A stretch of DNA of 64,000 nucleotides from Phoronis australis (lineage: Eukaryota; Animalia; Phoronida). The stretch spans positions 139,462-203,461 of the forward strand of contig NMRA01000482.1 in the NCBI GenBank assembly GCA_002633005.1, written 5' to 3'. Below the pieces are notes generated by a model. The model was not told where the DNA came from and ran no database searches. It worked only from the letters and a program-made list of their open reading frames with translations. A program made the translations under genes and the position numbers. Shown here one piece after another: positions 27,394 to 39,800 of the stretch (the first letter of the stretch is position 1; each line of letters opens with the position of its first letter).

Positions 27394-27424
27394 TTAGAAA
27401 AAGATGAACGACCCGTCTTCATTT
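27394..27424 (-). CDS. MCOLN: Probable mucolipin terminal exon (RNEDGSFIFF*)
   Basis: tgtgtttccag acceptor 445 nt downstream, phase 2 compatible; acidic-hydrophobic tail resembling the TRPML1 sorting tail. An unspliced read-through ends at TGA 27866-27868. Confidence 0.6.
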
Positions 27425-30021
27425 CTGGAAACACACATTGCATTCATAATGACCCCTGATTGTCTGCTGTACGAGTAAAAATCAAGTATGTTTTCATATA
27501 TATAGGCACGTCACTAGCAACTGCACAGTTTTCCTTTCGCAATAACAGATTTAACTACATTACAAAAACAATAGTATAGCGACAACAATGATACCGGTAG
27601 CTTTACAGCATCTAGCTAGGTACACATTATCTAGTAACTATTAACTACCGAACGGTAATTTGTAACATTTAGCAAAACAGGGGTTTTTACTTTCAAGTTC
27701 TTCATAAGCGAATAAATTTGAGAAAAGAACGGCCTCGTGTAAAAGGAGAACATAGTTCGTACGAAAAAAAAAACATTCATGAGAAAAAATTGTATACAGT
27801 GCATGTGAGTTGGCCACGCCAGTACTGTTTGTCAGGTCTAGTTGGCTACCCTGAATAGGCTATACTCACCTTTTTTGGCAACAGAACACGGACATGCAAG
27901 CCGCCCTTCTTTCGGTCTCTGGTGGGTACGACACCATGGAATCAGCTTCCTCCTCCTCCAAATCACCGTAGGCAAACTTTTCAACCGTACTTTTAGGGAA
28001 ACCGTGTTCTTTACAGTGCTGTGGAGAGACAATAGTCTGATTATCTGCTAGATATGCCAGCACTTCATTAGTCTCCATTACAGAGCTGTGGAGAGACAAT
28101 GGCCTGTATGATTATCTGATGGACCAACCAGCGTCTGATAAGCCATCTTAGCAAAAGACGCCAATGAAACGTAAAGAAGGAACTCGCTCCCTCGAAGTGG
28201 TCACAAACGTGAGATAAACCGTGTGAATTTATGCAGAATCGACGTCTACGGTCTACATGTATACAAAAAGGGACAATGTTCATCTCTATGTCCATTGGGG
28301 CTAAACCTTCACCGAATACTCACCAACTCACTCATATCAATTCTTGAGAATTTGTTGATTATGTATAGTGATTGTTGACCAAGCAAACATTCCCTCTGAG
28401 TTTTAAGAGAACGGTTGCATGAAACAGTCCCAAATAGGGACTCAACTAAGGTCCCTAAGTCTTCTTGCGTATTTGTATTTTTATGTACTCACAGATGCAA
28501 TATTTGTTCTATCATTTCATATTGATTGTGAGCTACTCTTTGATTAACGACATTTTTTGATAAAATACCTAAAAACTGAGCCCAGAGTTCATTGAAAATA
28601 AATAGGGACCCAGTCCTTAAATTTGGGGTGTTGCATGATAAGATCCCTGATTTTTTATAATATTAAAAATTCAACGGCTAGTTCACTCTCGACTTGTATC
28701 AAAATCAACAGTTGACCTAGTAATGAAACTAAAACAATATAAGAAAGCGCAATCGATAATTTCACAAGTTCAAAAATATGCAGTATATTTAGGGAACTTA
28801 GTTGAGCCCCTATTTGGGACTGTTTCATGCAAACGGGTACAGAAGCCAGCGACAGCACGTGTTTATTTATCGTAATTCGTACCTTAATTGTCTCGTAAGA
28901 GTCTGTAATGATAGCGATGAAGATGTTGAGAACGAAGAAGATGAAGAGAGAGTTGAAGCTGTATAAGTAGAGCCTGCTATAGAACCACATGAAGGTAGTA
29001 GTGTCGCTAATGACGCTGAACGTCACGAATAATTCGTCACCGTTTAGCATGGCAAACAGGTTCTCGCACGTGTCTGATATGGTGCGAAACTGTAATTAGA
29101 ATAAACGTTTGAAAGCAAATTTAGCAACCAAGGCAGTGGCGGATTTAGGAGGGGGAGGGGGCAATGGGGCCATTCACCCCAAAATTCTTCTGGATTCCAT
29201 TTGGCAGTTCGGGGGTGGGAATGTCTGATGAGCAAAATCCTGGCTTATACTCTGTCCTGGCCCTCCCAGCTCAAAATCCTGGATCCGTCACTGCAAGGTT
29301 GGTATTATCTATGGCAATGTTCCACAACGTCCTTCAGATGTATTTGACAAGTAGTGCGAACGACATTGTCTCGGCCAACCGTAAAGAGCTCGGACTCACG
29401 TCACACCAAATTCATTCTCACAACGGAAGTCAGCCCACAATAAAGTATTATCCTAGTCAACACATATATTTCACTCCGCTCTCCACGCTGCAAATCACGG
29501 CAATGAATTTACGATTAGTGTCTGTACACAGGCCCGTTCACCTCTGCTCCACCCCCCCCCCCCCGTGTTCTTCGGATGGGGCCATTTATGTACCGGACCC
29601 TTCACGTTCGCCATAGGTGGACCATCCCGGTGTTGTAGCCATCAGAATTTAAGTAATCGTGAACCAACAAAGTTTCTCGGAGAGTAAGAATGGGCCTAGG
29701 GCCTGTGCAGTGACGGGTAATTGGGAGCTGCCTTAAGCAACTGTAACTGACATCTAACAATGAGAAAATATGTTACGCTCAGGTATGATTCATTTGAGAC
29801 AGGCAGCTTAGCTCGTACCTATACGTCTGGGCTGGCACTAAAGTCCCTCGTTTTATTATGATCCAATCACGACAGTTGTACGATTTCATGAAAAATAAGG
29901 AAAATAGAGGTAATCGATTCCAACATTGAGCGGTCTCTTCAAGAATGTGTCAATAAAAACATTAGTGGCCAGTTGAATGTCTTCAATGACCCCTGCAAGG
30001 GCTAGGCCCCTAAATGTGAAA

Positions 30022-30081
<60 letters not shown>

Positions 30082-30787
30082 TCAAGAATTAGGAAATGTG
30101 CTGCAACTGATGTTATAGTCTGTCAGGTTATCAATTTTTCTCCAGTGGTATACAATTTCAAAACAGAAAAAAAACAAAAAATCGAGTGACAGTTGTCTCC
30201 CTTATCCCTTGGAAAAAAAGATAGTTTTGCATACGCAATGTTGTCTTACTGATTTCAAAATCCAGTGAGTTAACACACTCCACAAAAGCTTCGCTTTACA
30301 AATTTTCTTGATTTTTCGAAATACATGTATGAATGACTAAGTGCTCGTTTTCAAGTACGTTTGGACGACCTATGCAATGCCCTGGTCAGGGCCCTCAAAG
30401 GATAAACCATGCACTGATACTCAGTCAAACGTTCTCTTGAATTTTCTCTCTTATCCGTATTCCCAGTCTTTCTTTTCTCGACTGTCCCCGGTTCCACACC
30501 TATGTCCACTCGGATGTCACGGTTTAACCCTGACGCCGGCAATTTATTTTGTGGGACACGTGCCCACCCGCCCCCCGCTTCCCACGGCCCTGGTACAAGA
30601 TATCAATGGATCACTAGGGTCCCCTACCAGCATGTAATGCGGTATTATTCAACATAGACATTTCAGTGGACGGACAAAAATAGTCGTTACGAATAGCTAG
30701 GCTACTCATCAATACTTACCTTTAAGTGTGTCGCCCCGAATACANNNNNNNNNNNNNNNNNNNNNNNNNNNNNNNNNNNNNNNNNNN

Positions 30788-30843
<56 letters not shown>

Positions 30844-33800
30844 TCAAGAATTAGGAAATGTGCTGCAACTGATGTTATAGTCTGTCAGGTTATCAATTTT
30901 TCTCCAGTGGTATACAATTTCAAAACAGAAAAAAAACAAAAAATCGAGTGACAGTTGTCTCCCTTATCCCTTGGAAAAAAAGATAGTTTTGCATACGCAA
31001 TGTTGTCTTACTGATTTCAAAATCCAGTGAGTTAACACACTCCACAAAAGCTTCGCTTTACAAATTTTCTTGATTTTTCGAAATACATGTATGAATGACT
31101 AAGTGCTCGTTTTCAAGTACGTTTGGACGACCTATGCAATGCCCTGGTCAGGGCCCTCAAAGGATAAACCATGCACTGATACTCAGTCAAACGTTCTCTT
31201 GAATTTTCTCTCTTATCCGTATTCCCAGTCTTTCTTTTCTCGACTGTCCCCGGTTCCACACCTATGTCCACTCGGATGTCACGGTTTAACCTTGACGCCG
31301 GCAATTTATTTTGTGGGACACGTGCCCACCCGCCCCCCGCTTCCCACGGCCTTGGTACAAGTGGATCACTAGAGTCCCCTACCAGCATGTAATGCGGTAT
31401 TATTCAACATAGACATTTCAGTGGACGGACAAAAATAGTCGTTACGAATAGCTAGGCTACTCATCAATACTTACCTTTAAGTGTGTCGCCCCGAATACAA
31501 CCCATCCTGTGAAGGTATAGCCACCGAAAAGTACACCAGCACAAACCAAGAACCTCATCACGTTCGGCACCGCTCTCTTCATAGACAGAATAAGCACCTG
31601 CAGTTGATGAAGGCAAATCAAGTCAAGTCAACGCACCCTACAATACTGAGGAGCACTGAGTTTCTAATAACAGGTTTACAATTATTGTTGATGATAATCC
31701 GATAATAATTACTTCAACTGCGTATAAAACCTACATAGTAGACATACCTCATCCCATAGTATCCTTCACAAAGAGTACTTTCAAAAATTGATTCCCTCAC
31801 CCTTCTTCAGCGACATTTTATTTTTGTTATTTCTAAAAGTGCGTACGTCCGCAGTTAACTGCCTCCCTCAGCGCAGCGTCGTAAGTTCCATGTACAATGT
31901 AGTTTCGTTGTCAGTGCAAGAGTCGACAATAATGAGTCAGTGATCCGACGTTATTGGAACAGATATTCAAAAATATCCTAGCAGATCAAAACAGCCCGAA
32001 AAAGATCTCACAGATCCACGCAAAATTCTTCAATCGTTTACAAAAATGACAAATGAAATCAAAATACAGCCAACCGTTGATGAACCATCTAACTGATCAA
32101 AGCAAAGTTTACCAAACTGTTCATAAATGACCTAGCAGATCAGAGCGGAATTCGTCAAACCGTCGAAAACGACTTAGTGAACGAGTGCGAAATTCACCAA
32201 ATCGTCCAAAAACGGCCTTGCGCCCGGATCAGTGTAAATTTCACCAGAACCGTCCAAACACGACCTAGCATCAGACCAAAATTCACCAAACTGTTCCATA
32301 AACGACCTAAAAATTCACATTAAAAACTTATCTAGCTTCGTTGCAAACATCGGCACAACCAAATTTTCAAAACAACTGTAGTTGTTGAAACAAACTACAA
32401 AAGAAATGTCGATATGTTAGATATTGGGATTGCAAACTTACATTGTATTTTTGGAAATATCCAAGGTATCTCATAATACTGAACCACGCTATAAGTGCAC
32501 CTGACCCCAAGAAGTATGCAGCTGTGTTGTATAATAAAACGGCCTGAAAATTACAAAAATGTGACATTTTTGTTAAACACATATTTTCTGCTTCATTTTA
32601 GTTAATAACTTTAAAAACGAATTCAAACGCAAATCCATCTAATTTAACATTTTCCTGTATGAAACACATTCAACATGATCAGACGACATTTTGAAAACAA
32701 ACAGATGTGGTAGTAGAATTTTAAGTCTTAAGTTCTGAATATCTGGTAGTACGTTAACAAAATGACCGCGCCACGAATGATTCGTTTGCAAAACCGCGCC
32801 TGGAATGCTAACAGACTCGACGGAAGGGAGCAAAACGTAAAGATAACGACCGAGATTATACATAGCATCCAAAAATTTGGGTTTGATTAAAGATTCCGAT
32901 CAACCTGTTCGTGATGTTGCTACCAAAGACGGACAATAACCCAGTGTTGCAAACCATCGTGGTTAAAATTGTTTTTGTCGGCAATATTTGAGCTCATAAG
33001 TAACAAAACAACACTTAATGCCGTTATTTGTAATAGCTCATGTAGTTTGTGCATAACTTGCAAATGCAAACTCTCTAGTCAAACATTTACAAATTTTCGG
33101 GCGTTTGGGTAAGGAACTAAAACGACTGTTTAGATTTTTTGTATAAAATGTAATTTTTCGAAGTTCAAAATTTCCCGAACTTGGAAGTCGACGCCACATG
33201 AATTCGCCGCCATTTTAGCCTGTACATTGTTTTAGCAAAATCTTCTTCCTTGACAATTCATCAAGTCACTCGTCACTTCCTTAATTCTAAACCAAGGTAA
33301 ATAATTCGTGGGACTTCTTCAGCTTGTACATCATTGTTATATGTCGACAGGTCGAGTCCATTAGCGCACCTGACTTGGACTGAGTAAACGCAAGTTAGTG
33401 CTCGACAACAGTCACATACTTACTGATTGCTCAATAGCTATTTCCAGACTGGTTCCAACGAGAATAAACACATCACAGATCACAATAGCTATGTACCATA
33501 CATTCAGGAATTCCAGTGTGTCAGATGTCGTTAGTTCTATAGAATAGCGAGCTCTGAGATGTTTTTTGACCATCTGAAATTTTGAAATGATTTTGTAAGT
33601 AACAAAAAATAATACACAAAATCTAAATAACATGGGCATATTAAAGTTCTCACTACAACTCACTGGGATAGCTATTAATAATTAGAGTAGGCATAAAAAC
33701 TATCAATCTTTAACATTCATCAGTTTCGTAATGAATTTGCGCTTGAAGTTCATAATCAGACGCGGAACCGCGGCCGATCTCAACAGACTCAAGAATCCTG

Positions 33801-36800
33801 TGAAGAAAACAAGTGTGTTCCCGTGCTTCGCTTGTAATACATTGACATGGCGATAAGTCATGGAGTCTTGCGTGATCTTGCGTTTTCGAGGTGTTCTCGA
33901 GTCTACGGAACTCTCACCCGATTGCACCTAATTGTACATCACCAAATCCTCACAATGGCAAATGATGAAAAAGTAGTCATATAAAACAGTGATTTGATTA
34001 GTATGATGAGAGCAGAGCAAAAATGTCGGGACAAGTGTCGTGCGGATACCCAGCATTGTGGGTAAATACCACACACCCAGAATGGTACTGTGGTATTTCG
34101 GGATGATACTGTTACCGTTGAGTTCAAGTGCGTGTACAAAATGGTAATTCCAATTGTTTATGGTTGTTTTTGACAAGCAGCACGACTACATACCGTTTTC
34201 AACACTTGAGCTTTGTAAATTGAACGCAGACACAGGACGGTGGACAGAACACAACTGGAAACGAGGAGACATCGGAAAAAGATCAACCCCACCAGTGAGG
34301 CTACTTGAACGCCTACAAAATGGACACATTTTCAATTATTGTATTTAGTCTCAGAATTTTGCATTGAAATTGTCTATGTTTAAAATGACATGCATGTATA
34401 TCTGGTACTTCAGCAGCAAATTTATTTTCTTTAAAATAATACATGTTGTGTTCTCACGACGTTCTATTATTTTATACTGAACGCTCTTGATCGATAGTCT
34501 TTATTGTATACACCTGTATATTGACAGCTGATGGAAGATCAGACTGACGGAGAGACTCTCAAACGCCGTGTGAATGGAAGGTCGTGATCAACACAACATG
34601 TCATAAAACTTTGCACGCTGTGAGCAGATCACTGCAAACCATGTTCAAGCTCGCTTCACATACATGTACGTTATTAAGCTCTTCCAACTCATCGCGTTCT
34701 AATTTGATTACAGAGAAAAGGACCGTCTAGGATTACAGAGCTACACTTGAATCTCGCTGTATTAATCACAAGTATTACTGCTGCAACTCCGACGGGAGAA
34801 GGTTGGATGACCTTGGCAACTATCACCGGATGCGTGACCAGATTCCAAAACACTTTCTTAATAAAATCCGGGAAAAAGAAGTGTTCATCGCTGAGTAACC
34901 AGGGACGGCCATATTCTCAGTCTTAACGGCAACTTTTTTTTGCATTGGCGATTGAAACGTACTACCCGCGACTTGTAACTGGATGGGCCAGTGAAGCAAA
35001 AACCACCAGCCGAGAAATGAGTTTTAATTTGAATACGGAATAAGGCGAGACCAATTGTATTACAGTAGGTGGCCTTAATCAAAAACTGTTTTGACAGAAA
35101 GCGGACAGATCTCTTGCACGTTTAAACCGGCTAACCTAACCAGGCACAAACACGACCTTGGTCGGCATGCAGATACGTGTAAGCTACACTTTGTTACCGT
35201 CTCACATTTTAGGCCCACAAACACCAGAGAGACCGATTTGAGTTGCATGTCAAGCAATCTCGCTAAAACTAATACCTTTATTAATGACGACTCGTTTTTA
35301 GCTAAACTATGTTAAAGAAATTGAGTAAAAGAATCTGTCCTAAAGGAAACAACGGAAATTAGTTCTTTATTTTTCGATTTGACAAAATAATACTTGATTG
35401 CTGAGGTGTCCAAAACTAAGGAACTGTGTAAACTTGTTTAGAACTTTTATGAGAAATTGATCTAAAATAGCAGCCATTTTGAGTTAACAGAATTCGTAAC
35501 GTACTAGCGTTTCGCACCACGTGACTTGATTTACTGCACTGGAGATGTTTCATAAAACTGTCGAGTGAAACGAGAATCTGACCATCGTGACCCCTGTTGT
35601 CGTAGGTAATCTATAATAAGACGGAACATTTACAATTTCACCATACGCACATCACCGAATGAATAAAGGTGCATTTTCAAGAAACAATATGTATTGAGCA
35701 TTCTTTAATAGTGGCGAGTTGGCATTTCTTAAAGTTTTAATGTGTTCGTGCCTGATAACGGAAATGATTCGCTTCCTGTTAAAATAGCAATAACCGTTGC
35801 GTTGTTCATTTTTTCGATGTATCGCTGTTCTCACGTACCGTACAAACAGGGTACGGTAAAAAAACTGTACTATTTGATGTGAATTCAAAACTGTGCTCGT
35901 ATATCAGTTAAGGATAGTTAAAAGGTTAAAGCTGAAATGTTATGTAATTTTCAACTGTCGTAGTGATATGTAACACGCCACAATTAAGATTTCGTGCACT
36001 GAAGGACGTGCGCCACAGGATATTGATAACGCTTTAACAAACGTAAAAATGCAAAGGTCGTTACCGTTACTTTGAACTCCACACACTCGGGTCGTTCCAG
36101 CTCTTTCCATCTTTGCAGGTGAATACTTTTCATATAAAACTGCACGGTGAGCTGCTCAAGTCTACAACAGGAGTCTTAGACTGCACTACAGCGACACCAG
36201 GGGTATATTTTGTTGACTTTTAACTTGCACGTAATTTCAGCATTAGAACATGATTTGAAGAAGTCATTAGATGATAATCCTACTGGAATTCGAAGGCCAA
36301 AAATCCGTAAAAACCTGGACTTGGGACAATCTGGAGCCAAGTGCCATTCCGCCATTTTATATTTACCGCGAAGCAGGATGGAAACGTAAGGCTCATTCAG
36401 GTACTATTGAATAACATGGCCGTCTATTCTATCTGACAAAAAGCGTTTGTCAGCGAATGAAATTTGCGATAATAACGAACATGCAATATCAAAATAATTA
36501 GTACATCAAAGCTATTCTAACAACTGTCGAAAATATTGAAAAGAAAATTTTGACTCTGAAAAGTTAACACGGAAATACGCCTCTGTTGGCGGCGAAGGCG
36601 AACACTGTTTTAGCTGCATAAACTTCCCGATTATTCGCGGTGTAAGTGACTACCAAACTTTCATTAAGTGAAGACTTAAAATCCTGGAATTCAGTAAATA
36701 GATTCATAGTTTTCTACTCTGGCGTTGGTCAGCTTGAAAAGCACGGCTTAGTTCTTGGAATACAATACAACTGCTGGCGAAATAACTTCAAAAAGAATAC

Positions 36801-39800
36801 ATGATATCTCGATAAATACATGTAGTATTGTTGGAAGAAGACTTACAACACCAGATGCGTTCATATAGGCAAGCTCCTTTTAAGTAACATTTTTTGGCGA
36901 GTTTGCGTTTCGCTAATTACGGGTTATTAAGCTAAGACCAGGTTGAATATTGTAATAATTTTATACTATTTTTACCTAACATTTTTCTCTAATAAATGAT
37001 ATTTAAAGTAAATTTAGCAAGTGGTACATTTTCGCAGTGAAGCAGTCTGTCAGATTATGGTCTGGCAGTATTTTTAGTTGTATTGTTTTGTTTTGTTATT
37101 CTGTTTGATTGGCATGAACCCTGAGTTAAGTGCAGTGATGATGTAATTTGTTTACTACTAAATAGTGTGGAACTTTATAGAAGACTGAGGTCAGAACAGT
37201 GATGATGTAATTTGTTTACTACAGTATAGTGTGGAACTTTCTAGAAGACTCTAGCATGACAGTGATTAATGCAGTCTGGAATATTCTAGAGACTAGTACA
37301 TGTTTGTAGAATGGTCGGGTAGATTCAGGAAAGTTCTAGAATGTGCTTGAATTGATGAAAAGTTCCAGAACAATGAATTAGGCTATAAATACACAAGCAC
37401 GGGTTTGTGTTAGTCAGATTAAGTCAGTTGAGTCCAAGAAGATCAAGTCGGGAGATCAAGTGAGATCAAGCCAGTTCAAGAAAGTTTATCAGGAGAACTA
37501 AAGTTGAGTTGCAGTGAAGAGAATCAGCAGTTACAGCGATAGTCAATAGAGAGCCAACTATAGAGACAGCAGGTTATTGAATCGAGTGTAACAGTTGCTG
37601 AACGTGTCTCAGAAGTTCATCACAAGTCAAGGCTTCGCAGCACTGGCTGGAGCATAAACAGACATTACGTCGGACGTTTTGTTTGAGTAGGCTTGTGAAC
37701 GTACGGTCGGGATTAATAAAGGATTAACTCGAACCAGTCTTCAGTCAATAATCGCACCGAAAGCTATTAGCACCGGTCTGTAACAACCTGCGCCCACCCA
37801 CACACGGGGAAAAACGTGACACAGTCTCTGTGTGGCCGGTCAACAAAAATCAAGCTCAGGTGAGCGTTATCAGTAGCGCATGTAATATAGTTGAGGAGTG
37901 CACTGTGTTGAAATCGAAAATTTAGTGTTGGCTGCTGGGAGTGCGACACATTCAACTTAAAATATTTCACTTCATATACAAACACATCACTCGATATCTG
38001 GACACAATATTAGACAAACAAATTTATACGAAAAGAATAATAACATGAATCAAAAACAATCAGACAAACAAACAACGGTTAACTTTTACGCTAGGCTGAT
38101 ATCTCTGCGTTTTCAAGAACAACATGGACACCATTCAAGAATCGTTTCGGAAGTGATGTACAAGGAACTCAGGTCACGGAAATAGACGAGAGGAGACGAC
38201 GATTTTCTCATTTCGGCCGAGCTTGTAGTTTTTTAATAGAAAGAGGAAATCATTATAGCATGTTAAATAATTACTTAATTTGAAATATATTTTCAAATGC
38301 TCTAACTATAATAAAATGTCCCTTGAGATATGGTTTTAAGCTCCACACAACCTGAAAAATAATTAAATCTAACCGCTAAGCGAAGGAACAAAACATTTGA
38401 GAATAACCTATGACTGTAAGTTACTGCAATAGTTTGTGTATTGATGTGCCAATAATTTCATGGCTAAACGCTTATTGCCTGGCCATGAAACAGACCCCTG
38501 ATTGTCTAAATCGGAAATTAAACTGACGTGAAAATAATGCACTTTTGTGACACATTTCAATTTGAATACAATAAACACCACAACGATTGTAGAAAATTCA
38601 TGCTCCAGCTCACAGTACATAAATGTCACAATTAGGGGAAATTCGGTTTACCGAAGCTACGCCGAAACTTCTCTTACCTTTCCGACTAAACAGCGATATC
38701 GAAGTTCTTTTGCCACTTACGAGTGTTTATGAAAATGATCAGTGTCATTCTTCATCAGATATGCTTTCTTTTATTTATTTACGTTCGTCTATTGAGAGCA
38801 CGTTGGCTACGCTACAGCAACAAAGAACACGTTTTGCGAGTCTCGCGTGAACGTATATCGTTGGCGCGACCTCTACCGATAACTTCGGCGATGTTTTGCT
38901 CTGACCTTTCGGATAACACCGAAGTTTCGGTGAGTGCTGAAACTTCGGTAATAGCGAAGTTTCGCTTTTAATGGGAAAGCGACTAAAGACTGGTGTACAA
39001 TTATTTATGTATATACCGAGGTGATTATCCATTTGAAATATTCTGGGACACAAACCCCCACCATGATATACTTACGAATTGAAATCTATTTTCGAAATGT
39101 TCTCCTCTATCTCAGATACGTTGCTCTCAATAACAGAAACGTTAAAGCAATCTGAAATATGACATAAATGCCTTATAGTACTTGTTATGACTAGAGATGT
39201 AGCACTTACTCTACAGAATCAGTATCGTTCGTTATGTAAATATCTTATCAATTGTTGGCTAAGAAAAGAGTTAAAAAGATTGCTGAAGATGGGATCATCA
39301 TGGGTTTGATTACTACTATATGCTTGAGCCTACCAAATAGTGCAGTGCCCAGGTGTAGCGTTCTGCCGGCGGGTTGTCTTCCATTAAGTACATGTGTGGG
39401 TTTGTAGCTCTTTTTATTGTCATGTTTTATTTAATAAATAGTTGTATTAATAGTCCACATCAAGCAATGGTCCTATCCTGGCAACACATCATATCTACAA
39501 TAATTAGCCGGTTCAGTTCCTTAAAAGTACGTCACAGATTGAACAGAATTTACAACTAAAGACGCCACACATTGGCCATGGACTGCGCACCAAAGGGGGC
39601 TGGCGCTATAGCCCCCACTTTTTCCAGTGCTGGGCCGCCCATTGTCTATGGGTGGTGCATCACAGATGAGCTGGGAGGCTTGAGCCCCACTCTTTTCAGT
39701 GCTGCGCCGCCCATGTTGGCGTATCCAAGACTCACAAACCGATACTGGGCGCGAGGCTAATTACAAACTATGTGTAACACACAGGCCTCCCAGACAATTT

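Noticed and set aside
30024-31499. Apparent duplication of part of mucolipin exon 10, with repeated 98-aa and 89-aa ORFs
   Set aside because: Abuts a 43-N gap and a TA microsatellite; assembly overlap. The ORFs are intronic with no recognisable motif.
34030-34900. Plus-strand peptide-like stretches (for example 34154..34348 and 34713-34898) suggesting a nested antisense gene
   Set aside because: One is the antisense shadow of the S2 exon; the others contain stops, form no consistent exon chain and resemble no domain I recognise.
33600-35500. The mucolipin S2 exon initially seemed missing, suggesting a pseudogene
   Set aside because: It is present at 34194-34312 with good splice sites and the correct phase; the ORF track does not list it.
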